From the NCBI GenBank assembly GCA_036172245.1, contig JAYWIR010000014.1:682001-746000 (forward strand): a stretch of 64,000 bases of DNA, written 5' to 3'. The notes beneath the pieces are model-generated. The model was not told the DNA's origin. It ran no database searches and saw nothing but the letters and a program-made list of their open reading frames with translations. This stretch comes from Raillietiella orientalis (taxonomy: Eukaryota). This document shows positions 38,159 to 53,128 of the stretch, one piece after another (the first letter of the stretch is position 1; each line of letters opens with the position of its first letter). The translations under genes were made by a program, and so were the position numbers.

Positions 38159-41100
38159 GAGATTAAGCCTGGACAAGGTTCGAAAGTGTTTGTCCACGCA
38201 AACTGTACCTACGAGAACGGATTAAATTAGGATAAACCTGGTGCATTGAGAACCTCAAAAATTTCAGTTTTTTTTCTCTTTGGCAGTTGATAAGACAGCT
38301 GCTGTCGCAAGCAAGTTCAGTTATCCGCTTTTTTTTTGGAGAGTCAGACAAGGAAATGAAAATTCTCGAGGATGAACTGAAGTTCATTCCAACTCAGTGT
38401 ACCACCAGGAGCGACCAGCAGAGCTCGTACTGCTAAATTCAAGTACCACACGATCAAAATAAGAGGATGGCTACAGATGAAGGTCCTTCCTCGTACCCAG
38501 AAGTAAATATTGTTTGCAATCCAATTTGGAAAAACTAACGGCAAATATCGGAATTTAATAAACCAGAAATTTCGATTTAACTGGGAAACAGCTGATTGCC
38601 AAGGTTTTCGAGAGTTCTAATCTTTCCGTTCTCCTTCTTCAACCTTCTGCCTTTTGTGCCCCTTTGCTTCGTGTTTCATAACGGTGGCTGCCCCTTAGTA
38701 GAAGAAATTTATTCATTCATTTATGTTTTTCTTCTCATCTCTTGTATTCCACTTCCTCTCAGCAAGGAGAACTCGAGAAGAAAAAATGAACCGGTAAACA
38801 GCTGGCACGTATAATAGGGAAGCATCTGCACAAAGTACACGAAAATTCAGTGGAAGAAAATGGCCATGAAGCACTTTTTGAGAATTTTTGAAAGTTTTGA
38901 GAAATTGGCATTTGTTCTGAAATTGTAGCTGGATCACAGTTCTGGATGGACCGACGCGGTCCGCTGGCGGTAAAGGGCTTCTCGAATGGGTCTTGTAACG
39001 TGAAATATAGGGAGGAATTGAGGTGAGGAATGCGTTCAGATAATCCCTGCTTGTGGTGTCTGTGGACACGGAACCATTTGGATCTTATTCAAGGAAAAAA
39101 GTCCTAAAAAAAAAAAAGGAAAAAAAAAACAAAATTCCTAATCTGCTGGGCGTGTGCACCTCGCCAACCTAAAGAGGGAGCCTAAAAAAGACAGAATCAA
39201 TTAAATGTAGACGAACATCCCTGACGCAGCCAAGAAGAATCATTGAGGAGGAAAAAACTGCCCGAAAAGGACACTGTCGCCTGCACTTCGCTTATCATCA
39301 GCAATCGACGCTGTACCATCTTCGGTGACAAGCTGAACGAATGCTCACGGAAAAGACGCCGCTCCTCTGCTCGTATATCAACCTTTGCTTTGGCCCGGCC
39401 TCTGAGATTCTTTCCGGAAAGAAAGCACTCGAGAGCAATCGAAGGAAATCAGTTTGGAGCGCACTAAAAATAGATAATAAATTTAGGATCCGATAGCGCT
39501 AACCACCAGGTGGAATAAATACTCTGAATGTGAGAGCTGTAAACCCATTAGAGCCTGAGGCTACCGGTTCATTTGCATTCACTGAAATGGATATCTGCGC
39601 ACAGTCACTAAGGTGAAAAAATTCATCTAACATTTTCGGTGTGCCCGATCAATAGTCGCTTCTTTTGATACAGGAAAAAAACACTGTGCACTTCTTCGGG
39701 AGGGAAAACCCTGGGCAACTGGGAGGTTTGGAACGCTGCCCAAAGTTAAGCATGGATCCAGTCGAGTCCAGGTTTACGGAATACACCAGTTGGGAAAAAC
39801 GGAAGAATAAAATGTGCTGCATTGATGACACTCCTGAGCTGAAACTCGTCATCGGAGTGCATCGCATACACCAAACGCACGACGCGTCCCATGGGTGCAT
39901 TAATTTCAGGGACCATCCTGGAGAACCGGACTCTCTACTGAGAAGAGTAACAAGGGAAGGATTATAGTGATGAAGGATTACGAGGGCAATCCCCCAAAAC
40001 GTTCTCTCCCTTTCGACAAGTATAAAATGATGCTGCACGAAGTTAAAGACAAAGTTCGAGATGAAAAAAAAAAAAAACACAGAGCAAAGTTTTCCATTTT
40101 GAAAAAACCTGCCAAGATAAATCTGAGAAAATCTTGCACTTGAAAATGAAATCCTGAAAAATGGGGAACAGAATTCCCGTGTTTCTACTTCGGCGCATGA
40201 GGGCAATTCAATGCTGCATGTTGTTACTCGAGGAAGAATTTTTGATTCAGTGACTCTGCTGTCTATGGCAAGGGTCTCGCAATATAGAAGGAGGAGTAGA
40301 AGAAGAAGAAATGGTGAATCCTCACACTTGCCCTTTTCCCGTTTCGTGTAAAAATCACCAAAGTTTCATTTGGATAGGAAGTTCGCTTTCCTCTATCATC
40401 CTACTGGCTCTCACGTAGATACGGTAGTCTGTCCTGCACACGCCTCTTCGGTGAGCAGAGCAAAATCGCATCGAATCGCTCTGCGTGACCGCAGAGCCCA
40501 ACAGGAGCGTGGCTCCTTCCTTTTCGAACGCATCGGAAACTCCCGAGAGACGAGCAGCAAATCGGATTACGACGCATTGGTTTCGGAAAATCTGATAACC
40601 TCTCGACATCTGAAGCAGGAAGAGTGATTTTTTCACAATTAGCAGCAATAGAGGGACACAGTCCAAGTTGGAAGGCCGAAATGATTCGAACCAACTAGTA
40701 AGTGCAGCAGACAGCAAAATTTTTACGGCTGGCGCTTCTCTGTGAAGAAATAGGCACTATTCATGTTCTGAACAAGAAGAAAATGGAGTAGCTTGGAAAG
40801 GGTTCGACTTAAATGCAAACGCACGCGCAAAAGCAGGACTGGGAAAAGCATTTTCTACTGTTTATTCGGTGAACTCTAGTACAAATACACACATGAACAA
40901 GCCCTGTACATCTGTGGCGTACAATCATCTCCCTGATGGACATTTCTCCATTCAGAGGAACATGCCGTAAAATCCACTCGCAACGTGGATCAGATCACGC
41001 GTAATAATAGTGGCTGCAGAGTGGGACTGTTGCAATAGAAGCTCGCCATTTCATTTGATGTCGAAAGATAAAAAGCTAAATCCACACGGAAACAATCGGA

Positions 41101-41576
41101 TGCTCACCATAGATTCAGAATCCTTTTTTTTTTTTTTTCACTTACCCTGCAACTATCAAGTGGAGCTGATGAGACAGAGACAGTCCCATGCGGAAAGTCA
41201 GAGACATCCGTGATTATCAGTCACAGTCTCCAGACTGGAAACAGGTTTCAGCACTGCAGAATCAGATAAATGTCTCCATTGGGACTCGACTCATAACACA
41301 AAAACGAGTTGAAAAAACAATTTTGTGTGACCAATTATGAGAGGTCTCGCAAGTGGTGGTATACAAAATGAAGAGTGGGAATGAATGATAGATGAGTAGA
41401 AAATGACCAATGAAACTGCTGATGTTTCAACCCTGAGGTTTGCGAGCGTGTGATGTTCTACGGTGATGAATGCTGCCATGGCTAAGTTTAGAAAGAATGA
41501 CTAACTGCAGAGTGAAAATATGATCAGAAAGATCATGAAAAGAATAGCATCCCGATGATTTTTTCGTGGAGCAAAA

Positions 41577-41975
41577 CTAAGGAAGCAGTCTTCTAGTGAT
41601 GCTGTTGGACCTGCGATTCAGGAACCATTCCTTGAAACTAGCGAGGAATTTCGAGACAGGGGAAGCGCAAGTGGTTGAACAGGAAGGAACCGGTCCTCTG
41701 CCAGATTTTTGTGGGTGTTCCAAACAAGAATATGCCTCCAAGAATCTCTGGAATTCCGGGAATCGGCTCGGCGTCTTTGATTCACTGGAGTTCTTGATGC
41801 GTCTTAGTGGAAGCAGCACCGCGGAACCGTAGCACCGTGATTGCTTACAACATTGGCCAGTCTCGCTGCTCGCATCCTCATCTCCGATTGTTAGGCACTT
41901 CAGGATCGGAAGCTGACAGACTGGAGACATCATGATGAAGTCCTTTAAAGTTGCTTGCGTTTTCTCAACAAGCAA
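41577..41975 (-). mobile_element. Decayed Ty3/Gypsy RT/RNase H junction
   Basis: TLKDFIMMSPVCQLP...EDASSETGQCCKQ (cf. LK..L...PVL..P...DAS..G.GAVL.Q). Confidence 0.45.
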
Positions 41976-44114
41976 TCCGATCCAGAGCTGATTCCGAACC
42001 AGCCTTGTGATTTTCGTTTTCCAGTTTCCTGTCCATCTTTTCTCCCGGTTCTAAGCAACGTTCATCCTGCAAATCGGGATTCTTTTTTTTATTCTTTTCT
42101 TAAGTGGTCCTTTGGGAATCATTTTTCAGAAAACATGTACGAGTACTCCTGGCAGACCTAGATGGTCCGAATATTTCCTAAAAATCATTCTATATCCCAG
42201 ATGGAAGTGCGCATTCCTGGTCCTTCCGCCAACTCGACGACGGACAAGAATTCGGCACTCGGCACGCAGTTTCTGCATCTGGATCGAATAGTGCGATGCC
42301 GCGGTTGCATTTCGAAATGTCCTCCCTGTGCGCCTCTTCGCTGCGCCTTTCTCGATCCCGCGAGGTTCTTCCAGCCGTCAAATCCTGGATTGAGGTATCG
42401 AATGGAAGGTTCTTCTTCCCCTCAAAGCAAACTCTTCAGAGTTTCTGAACCGCACAGGAAAATCCTCAATCGATGTGTACTGGTGGTTTGGAGTTACTCG
42501 GCGTCCGGTGCGAGGTTGTTCCAGGTGGTTTAAATGCGACGCTTCAAACAGACGAAATCACAGGAGTCCACCATCGCCTAAGGGCTCAGATGTTCGGTCT
42601 AGTCAGATCCTCCATCTTTTCCAGTCCCCACCTTCCAGATAAATGCATAAATGTTATTAACCCTCCCCCCAACACACACACACACACACTTCCCTCATAG
42701 AATTTATTGCACATTGCTCCTCACTCACTCCCCGACCCAGACCTCTCCGGAACTACGCCCGCATGGACTCGGCGGTGACCCAAGTTCGTTCCCCCCTATC
42801 AGGAGCCTGCAAGTGTCACCTGCACGTTTATTTTTATTCTGAAATAAACTGCCCGGTGTTACCGGAATCAAAACAGAGAATTTTCCAGGGACCCCCCTCT
42901 CTCTGAAGCGCCACCCACATTCCATGATGCCTCGGCTAAGCTTCGTGTCGAGATGTAAAGGCACATCACAAAAGCATCCAGTTCGAAAACGGATTTCGTA
43001 CATATGGAAGCGCTTGAGCTAGTCCCTAGACTGCACGTGGGTGATCTTTACGAGATGAGCACCTTAGCACCGCGAGTGAGGACTTCATGTCCTTCGGGAG
43101 TCAGATGCTTCTATTGCAGTTGGGAAAGCATCGGCGGCAATTTCCACGGTTGCTATGTTTCTACGGCGTTTAGATGAAGTCAGCTGTTACACATCGCATG
43201 TGAGAATAGTTCCCCTCCCATCCATGGGAGGTTTAATCAGCTCTCCAGAATTTGAACCAATCCCACCATCAACCCGACTTGACCATGCTTACCCACCCAC
43301 GCGATGCTTCTCTCGTGATTTCGGCCATGGCAGGCATCTTCAGCTCTGCCATTCGTCTCATCGCAGCGCACACAAACCGACACACTTCGGAATGCGCGTT
43401 TGTCAACCTACCTGAGCGAACATCCAGACTTCAGTCCGCCGAAGAGTGTGCAGTTCTGCAGGAAAAGGTTCGTACAAGCAAGTTTCCCTTTCTGGACGAC
43501 TGCCGGGGCTGAATTCTTCCGTGGAGGAAGCAGAAAGTTGGGAGGGAGGGAAGGCGGGGGAGATGTGCGGGGGAGGGAAGAGAGATACGCACAGAATGTG
43601 CGTGCGAGACTTTCTGGTCGGTAGCGGATGACTCGTCTCATTTCGAGCGAGTATGTGCTTCATTTCGATCGTCGTGAGGTCCAATCGCAGAGGTGGAATC
43701 AGCTGCTGCTGAAAGCGGGACGAGGGAGGAATGCTGCTTTCGAGGGAACCTGATCCCAGCACCTCGTTGGACTTCAGGTGGAAGAGGGTTCCGGATGCTC
43801 ATAGAGCCAGACAACCAAATAGGTAGTCTTTAGTGGAAACCCATCAAAAAACCCGAGTTGTCGATCGACATGTGGCAGAACAGGCCACTTTCCCATCGTG
43901 TTTTATCTGCAAGGAGGAAAGGCGGATGGAAAAGAAATAGAATACACGAGAGCTAGAGCTAGAGCTTAGCACAAAACTCGAGGAGTTATCCGTTCGCTTC
44001 GAAATGCTCCAAGGCTACAAAGATGATCTGCCTTGGAAAACTCGAAATTGTAGATGGAAGATGCGGTTTTAACTCCATCATTCCCTTCCCCGGGAACAAT
44101 AATTGGGAATGCAA

Positions 44115-44155
44115 ATTCATCGCTGTGAACCGTGATACGGTTCACAGCGATGAAT
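44115..44155. repeat. Perfect hairpin, 19-bp arms, 3-nt loop
   Basis: attcatcgctgtgaaccgt-gat-acggttcacagcgatgaat. Confidence 0.97.
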
Positions 44156-44443
44156 CACAGCAACTGAATTAATGAAAGACCGTTGAAAGATCGATCTTCA
44201 GAGGTGGAGTTTATCAGAAGTATGCTGCTCGAGAGATTCAAGTGCGATCGGACCGGTTACTTCGTGATGTGAAATTCAATGCCAGATACGTCACGTACGC
44301 ATAACAGCTAGGAAAGCATCCACAATCCTATCTCAAAAGTGAGACGTGATGTGTAGAAGGCTGTCTTTTTTTGAGTAAGCATCCAAACATTGATTAAACG
44401 TTGGTTATGAGGTGCCTGATTTGCACCTCAACCAGAACCCGTC

Positions 44444-44842
44444 TCACAGCGTTTCCTTCCAGAGATCCCTGATTGCAATCGGGATTCTGATACTTTGTGA
44501 ACGTGATGGTCGTACTATCAGCTCGTATCTGATAGAAAATTCAGGGAAGGTTTGAGCAATGAAAGCTGAGAAAAGCAGCGTGGTCCAGGACTCCAATGAA
44601 AGTTCGTTGCTTGCAAGCTTCCATTTCATGAGCGTCTCGCAATGCGGGAACAGAATTCTGTGCATTCTTTGAAAAGTGCAACTGGATGAAATCTCTAGGT
44701 GGATGAACGAAACCAAACCTGCAACATGATAAAAGCATCGAGCATTCCAGAAATTCATGTACATTAGGAATATTTTGTTTGTATATGTCGTTTCGTTGAC
44801 ATAGATTCCTAGATTCGAATCACCCACATTGGTCATATCCAT
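44444..44842 (-). mobile_element. Possible Ty3/Gypsy RT fragment
   Basis: CTFQRMHRIL resembles ATFQR.M..IL. Otherwise weak. Confidence 0.25.
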
Positions 44843-47800
44843 TGCATACGAGTGATGGCCACATCATATCCATGTATCTATTTTCATGAGTAAATTCCGG
44901 GTATTCAAATGAAGTTCAGATGAACACATACTGTAAGACTAGGTTCCCACTCTTTTTATGTTTACAGGTAACAGGAAAAATTGAATTTTTCCTCCCTAGG
45001 TAAACAGTCTTCGATTTAAAAAAAAAAAAAAAGACATTTTAATTCATTGCATTGATTTTTTTTTTTAATCTGCAACATCTCACTTTTAATAATTAAGGTT
45101 TTAGAAACCAGTTTTGTAGTGATGGACTAAAATCTGTTGGACATGAAAGAAAGGTATCCCACCGATACAGCTGTGATTCTGAGGTACTGTTTGTCAAGGT
45201 ATTATCCATAACATGGTCACAGAAATAAAGTGAATGTGGCAACAAAAAGAGGTGAGATTAAGGAATCCTTGTTTTCTATCTGAAAAACAGACCCCCCCCC
45301 CCCCGAGATTCTTAGTCATGCATCATACCGTAATTGTGTGCTTGTTAAACGTGAAAGAATTAAAGGGGTCCATAGTCATGGTGTTAGCTAAATACGTGAA
45401 TGGTACTGAAATAACACATGCGAAATCATGACTTTTTCTTCAACACCAAACAGGAAATGCTAAATCACAGGTAAATTGAATATCTAAAGCAAACTGAAGG
45501 ACGAAGGTATCCTGTTTTATTTATTACTTATTTTTTTATTTCTTCTTGGTTTTAGATTTCCAAATGCGTAAAACATTGAGTAAGAAAGAAAATGATGGCT
45601 GTAAGAAAAAAATTACAAATGACAGCATTTCATCATGAGGATTTTTGGATATCACGATGCATCAGACACTGTGATTATGGTGAATCCTACAACCACACTT
45701 GCCAGCTAGGAATTTGCTTTCTAAATCTGTTACATTACTCCTCAATCTCGTTATTATTATCAGTGTTTCGATCTCAAGCTAGAATTCTTCTGCCGATACT
45801 TTAGAAATAATCATCCCGTCTCAGTGTAGTGTGTTCCAATCTCGCGAACTAAAAACCTTCAATGATGCATTACCTTATTCAGTAAAGTGTAGAAGGGGAG
45901 AAGCCGAAGCTCCCATCGAAAATTCTGTTCCTAAACAACACTACAGCACACTGGAAATTGCATTTTTGTATTTGGAAAGTTCGAGTCGACACACACACAC
46001 AACGAATGTATTTCACATACTGGTTCTGGAAAGAAATTCGAATATTCACCTCTGAATCACAGGTACAGCCCAAGGATGGCTACTGAGGTTTCACTAGTCA
46101 AAATGATGATATTTCTGATCTGATGAACTTGCATCAGCATCCATCTTTATAAGCTCCGCGATACGTGAATTTAAAAACTTTTCCTCGTGCTTCTAAGCAA
46201 GTTTAATATTATTATAGTTACTCAGATTCTATTTTCAATAGGATGATAGCTTGCTGTAGTCGCAAAAAATAGTATTTACGAAATACTATCTCCTATGGAA
46301 TGAGTAAATCGAAAAGGATGCTCTCTGAACAAACGAATAATAAATAAAGAAAATTGGGAATGGCAAAATCAACGCCTCATCTAATTTTCAAAGGAACTTC
46401 GAAAAGTGCATTTCTCCCATGAATCAACGGTGAGTCTTTTGCTAGGAAAATGACGTCTTCATTAAGATAATTGACTACAGTTCGAATTAGATTCGTTAAA
46501 TAGATACAACGATACGAATGACCACAATCGCTAGTATCCCGTTAGGTGAAAATTATTAAAAAAAAAAAAAATTGGTTCGTAGATTGTAACTCCCTTTATT
46601 CTTTATGTGTGCCAATACTATGTAGATCACCACCTAATAATTTAAATGACATTCGTTGCAGACAAGCTGAAAAATACTTAGTAAGGATAAGTAAGCCCTT
46701 TGATGACTCATACAGTACGAATTCAAACTGAAAAGATGACCAGCTAATAATTACGTGGCCAATTGGGCTTCTCTACTACCATTATTTTCTTTTATCGGAA
46801 AAAGAAAATCAGTTTTGCATGCGATATACATTATAAATAATAGATGGCCGCTATATTTCCAGTAGATCCTAACCTACTGGGAAAAAAACTTTTAGTTTGC
46901 TATGTTGCAAGAACAGTACAACCATGCAACGTTCACTGTGTGATTGCATACCCATATGCCTTTCAAAAAGTGATAACTTGTGAGAGCTGCGACACTTGTT
47001 ACCGAAGAACTCACGAAGAAATATCTGAGAATTCAGAATGAAACCAGCAATTGCAAATAACTATCTCTAGTATGTTTTTATGTAAATAAGAAAAGGACAT
47101 CGAAGTCTAAGGAACTGAATTAAGTTACATTGCATAAGCACAACCATGGACTAAAATATCGACATTCAGAAAGCCACACGTATAGAGGGCGAGAGAAAAG
47201 TGGTAGCAATAATCTCTGAGAATGTTGAGGAAGTCCTGCATCTATTTTTTCACGAAGCCTCTGTCATACCCAACGATTCTTCGCGTAAAAGTTTTCCCAT
47301 GGCATTTCGGGTTGTCATTCAAAGATACTGATGTCTTGTCTGAAAACTCGAGTCATTTGCTTGTGTTGTTGCATACATGAGTTAAATCTTTACGATCCCG
47401 CGCATCCTCGAGTTATATTCGTGCTTTGAGGTGAGCTGAACAACTGGTTCTGCTGGCTCTGCGAACCCGTCGGAAACTTCGAAAGAGTGGTCGTTTTCTG
47501 CCTGCAGCCTCTTTTTGAGTTTGCAGTTTTGTTCGCGTCCTCGTACAATGATTCTGCAACCGATATTTACATAGCATTGCATTTATGCTGATACTCAAAC
47601 CATAATCTCTTTAATAACATCTTTCTGTGAAATCCCTCCAAATAATTTCTGTTGCTTCTAAATCGTCCTTTCCAATTGTACAATGACAATCAAGTAAATA
47701 ACTTTTCTGCGGTCTTGGTCCAGAGTGTTTATTTCGGAAAAGAGAAGCAAATGCTTAGAAGCTGAATTATTTGCTGGTAAATATTCGCTTCAGTATTTGT

Positions 47801-48643
47801 TTTCTTTAATACCACTTGCGTTTGTTTCCGATTTCTGTGGAATTTTGATGCGGTGTCTTCATCTGTCAATGTTGTGTACAATTCCTTCAAGTATATGATT
47901 AGATTAATCATAGTGGTACCTTTTAAGTATCCATGTTGCAAGCAGTCTGCTTTAGAAGGAATCTGAGTATTGGTTTGCTTTCTGCATGCCCGTCCATAGA
48001 GGATACTGTATCCGTATCATGATTCCAGAGACACAACCACGAGAAAAATGAAAAGGGATTGCCGCTGAGATCAAGAATGAACATAACAAGCACATAGATG
48101 CACTTCTGGGTTTGCCTTTATTTCTCGGACAAACGAAACTTTAACATAATGAAGAACATCTTAAGGATGGTCATCACTTATTTCGAAGCATCTCACCCCA
48201 TTGCATATGTATTTGGCCGTATTATTGTGCTAGGCATTTCTATTTCCTGAGCATGGGAAGCATGTGTTTATTTTTTAAATACCTTTTGCATCTTTAATCC
48301 ATTTTTTGTAGTATATTTCTAACGATATGGTAATTAATATTCGAAAATGCGTTAAGGATAAATAATTAGGTCCAACTAGAGCCGTTCGATGTTCCACATA
48401 ATGAAATAAAACCTGTGCAGTAATTATCTGGTTCTTCATATCATCAATTGCTGTGCCTCCATAGTTGAACACAATTCAATCACTCAACTTACTGTGTTAA
48501 GCACATCCAATGACAGAGATTTGAAATTGCGCTTATTTAATTCTTTAGTTAAAACTAACAAGAATATTTCAATACATGCACAAAACAACACTGGCAAAAG
48601 ACAACTGCTCTGAAGTTTTTCTTACCATGACCTGTTCAGAAAT

Positions 48644-48680
48644 ATCACTTCCAAAAACATGAAATGTTTTTGGAAGTGAT
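48644..48680. repeat. Perfect hairpin, 17-bp arms, 3-nt loop
   Basis: atcacttccaaaaacat-gaa-atgtttttggaagtgat. Confidence 0.97.
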
Positions 48681-51600
48681 GATTTCCACTGAGCCTTCGT
48701 TTGATCTGAGAGAGAATTATTTCAGAAGATCAAGGAGATGAATCGCAAATTTGGTTTGGAAGTCTCGTTTTTATTCAAAGCAGAAGAAAAGAGTGGCGCT
48801 GCCCTTTTCTCTTAAAGAGAATGCATGCCTGTGGCAAAGTATGGCAACAACGCTAGCTGTCTCAAGAAGGGATCCCATCATTTTGCATGCATACAATGGC
48901 TGAAAAATCACACTGACAACGGCTAATTTCATATAACAAATTGTCAAAAATTAACCCTCAATATAAACTTTGGATGTGTACTAAAAATCCCAAGCTGTAT
49001 TGATTGTAAAGTCAAACATCTTGTACAACGATGCATGTACAATTCAAACTGAAAAAAGAAAAAGAATGCCAGGTAGAAATCGCCTTTATTTTGGATCATG
49101 AACCTATAGATTTCGCGAACTGAAAAGCAGCTCGTGTCTAGGATTAAGCAAACCATCATATAAGCAATTTGCACTGAATAAGCTTTATAACTTATTCAAA
49201 TGAAGACGAATTGAACCTATTAAGCAATATTTCGCACTTCATCTGAAAATTCATTTAACTTGAAAGAATGCTATGGTTTCTGATAAATTGTAGCATGCCA
49301 TTGCAGACTTTTGAAAAAAACTAATTTTGTGCTTCAGTGACTTCGCATTTACGTACACCGCAATTCCAGTCAGAGGTCACTCGGAACCCCGAACTCTATT
49401 AGCTTCTAAATTTAACATCATGGTCTTCTCAGTGAGACTCACTCCCCTCTTTCCTACAGAAGCACATTGTACGCTCGCCTCAATTCCAACAGGCAAGTTT
49501 TGGGGTCAGGAGACAAACAATAAACACACTAACGTCTTTCTGATGCCGCTGCGATCAGAACTGGTCTGTAACGCTGTTTAGAAATTTCCATCTTAAATGT
49601 CCGAATATGGTGTATGCACCAATTTTCGTCTACAGTACAGAAAACGCTTATTCAGATTTGACTGAGCACAGTACCCGTTTCGAATAGAAGAAACAACATT
49701 TAACAGACAGCTGCTGTGTCTCTGGGGTGGATGTGACGTAATTTACTTTTCTAGCAGTGGAAATGAGAACACCAGACAATGTGACTCCTTACACGTAACC
49801 TACTGAATCGGTGGATAAGAAACTTCGGCATCATAAAAAAATAGACAAGAGGCTGCTGCTCTTCCAACGCAAGATAAAACAAGACTGGAACATAAGAGGA
49901 TATTTTAATGGTTGTGAAAGAGAGGAACTAGTGATTTAGAAGGTTGCTTAGGAAAGTGAGAATCATATATAAGGATTTTTACTTCAGAAATGTGATTTTC
50001 TACAACTGAATGCTGCCTTTAGTTCTTTGATTTGATGGCATGCATATCGAAAAGTTTCTCCTTTGCGAATGCAGGAATGCTTTAAGGAACTGTGGCAATC
50101 CGGAAAACTTGCAAATCTGCAAACAATTGTAATAGAAAACTTTCGTATTTCTGGATGGAATAATGGGCTATCCGTAAGCTAAAAAGTAAAACACGAAATC
50201 TGTTTTGAGAGAGTCTTATCCAGTCGAAGAAACAGTAAGCTACTTACAAAAAGAAGAGAATATTTAAGTGAAAAATGATGTTCACATATGTTGGAAAAAA
50301 AAAAAAAAGTATCCGTGTATTTGAGTCGGAAGATCTCGAAATACCAGAATTTCATTTGCGTGTCTTGAATGATTTAATTTCAAATCCTCACATCTCGATT
50401 AGAAACTGGAAAGTTATTTGTGCATTTACTATTTTGCTGAAGCAAAGGCGTGAAAGAAGATCCCTGAGGTGTTTAAAGACATGAGCACTGCATTTGCACT
50501 TTGGCTACTGGATATGTATTATGTAATAATACTGCTTCTTAGTCAAATAGGTTGAAGTCCTCATAGAAGTTTGTCCAAAAGTTTGCAATAACGATTTAAA
50601 GATCTGAAATTACGAAACGCGATTTTTTCTTTCTTCTGAAATGCAATATTAGTTCTGGAAGTAGCGTGAAAGAAATAATCTCCTGTACTTTGCAACGAAG
50701 TTATATCAATGAAATGTTCTGAAATTTTGAGAATGCGATAATCACAAAGAATTTATTAGTAAAGATCCACATTGAGAAGCCAAAATTCAATTTCAGAACA
50801 CAAAACGCATGAAGGGGCCAATTTATTTCCATAAGCAGCTTCGGTATAACCTTAAATCGTAGCACTATCAGCGAAAATGTTCCAAATCAAGAAAAACTTT
50901 TGTAATGCAATCGCTCAGGAACGAAGTCATCGCTTCTCGGCCTTTTGGCTAAGATCAAAGTGTAGAAACGAGGTCATGTAAGAGCTGAAAAATAAGATCA
51001 CATATGTTTCCGACAAACGATGAGTTTTGCAAAAAGTAGGACATATTTGTTAGAACAGAAGACAATGATCCACCGAATAACTCAATTTCAAAAGCATAGC
51101 TACTGATATAACATGGCATTGATACAGTGGAAGTACTAGTATCTTGCAGACTGTGCATACCCACAATAACGTCTCTTAATCACAAATAGATCAGCTTACC
51201 TTTACATGTTTGGTGTTAAGAAAATGTCTGAAAGTCAGTAGGTTAGCAGAAAATGCAGAAAACGAATGAAAGTTCAAACTGACGAAGATTTGGGAGTGGA
51301 TGAGGACAGAATTTCAAAAGTTTCCATGTTGTTTAAAGGTTGAAATAAAATTGACAAATGGAAAGTTCCCATGAAATCAAATTTTCCACAACCACTTTTG
51401 GTTTCAAGTTGCTTTATTAAATTCTAGAAAATTGTGCTGGTACCCAGCCATGATAAGCATGTAATCACACTTGTGAGTATGATATAATGAACGAAACAAC
51501 TCGTGACAATTAATCACTTGCTTTACTAAGAATTCCAATACCTGAACAGCAATAAAAAATATATAATACATAAACAAATATTAATACAGTGGATAACTTC

Positions 51601-53128
51601 GACTTGTTGATACACAATGAAAGTCTTTCAGAGAAGGAATCTAAAGATCCTCTTTTATTGTCGGTGCTGTATCATGAGTTTATGTTGTCAAATATGGAAA
51701 ACTCTCTTACATATTAGAAAACTTTTGTATTTTAAACGGCAAAGTGTAACTCAGCTTCTGAGTGAACAGTAATAGATTCCATGGACATCTTGTCATTTGA
51801 ACTCAAAGAAACAATTTAGAAAAGCAAATCGATATTCAGCAACGAGCTAGTTTTGTTTTGAATTCCATCCTGAAAACAGATCACATAGCGTGACAGTTTC
51901 TGAAAGAAAAAATATCCTTTCAATGAAAGATTTTTTCTATTTCAGTATGCATCTTCAATTTAGTGTGTAACTCGTGAACTTGTCCTTAAGTTTCCTCTCC
52001 AGGTCCCTTCGCGATCGCTTTCATTAATGGAATTAATTCCAGAGTCATTGAATCCATGAGTTTCTAAAGAATCTAAGTGAAACCAGTGTTCCCGTTTCAT
52101 ACAGGAATTTTTATACATGCTAGCACTCAAAAAAAGCACACTCACACCTACACACACAATGAAAAAGCGTCACACCTAATATTATTCTCGAATTTGATTT
52201 TAGTGTTATGGCCGTTAGCTTTATTCTGCAGTGTTGTGGAAGTAGTCCATAGGCATCCATAGTGTTTCGTCACTCTCGTGGCGACTGCAGTGTTTATGTC
52301 GCTGTTGTAAAATATGTACCAATAACACATACGGAAACTTTCCTGGATGCATACTTTATTATCATTGACTTTCTTGTAGTTTCTGGTGCTATTTCTTTGC
52401 TTCTAAAACCTGCACATTCTGAGATACCACATCTACTTAAATTCGAATGACTTTGAGCAAAATGAAGGCGCGTAGGTAGATTCAAGTAAGATGGATGTTC
52501 CCGTCAGGAAAAGGAAATATACACACACACAAAAAAAACTGTGTTTTTGCACAAGAGTTTTGCACAATTATGCGTGTTTTTGATTTGAAATTCAGAAAGC
52601 ATTTCTAGGTATCACGTAGCTTATGGAAAATGTTTCATTGCATTTCCTTGTTATAACTTAGTTTTCAATACTACTGCCTGATGAGCACAGGGGTCAGCTA
52701 CTCAAGCACCCGTAAATAAATAGCTGTGTTGCTCTTTTGCACATTCTTCCCAAACATGTTTTAGACAGATATAGATTAAAAAAAACTCGATTCTGGAGTA
52801 AATCTCATGTTGGAAATTGTATCCAAAGTATAATTTAAGCCTGAAATTTAGTTGTTTTCAGCAAAACAGTGCTTTCTTATGAAGGAGACACGTTTAGAAA
52901 ATAAAAAGAAAAACTAACAGACGCTCTAGTAATAACGGCCACGTACCATAGAATTGGAGATCAAGACTCCATTTCAGCTCAAGCCCATATTAAGACTGCA
53001 TCAGAGATCATTGCAACACAAAATAAGGAACAGAAACCTAAAATGCAATCCTAAAATAGTTCTTATATGCTTGTTGAACTGTTACGAGATTAACATGGCG
53101 GTAGCAGTAGGACGACTGTGCCCCGTCC

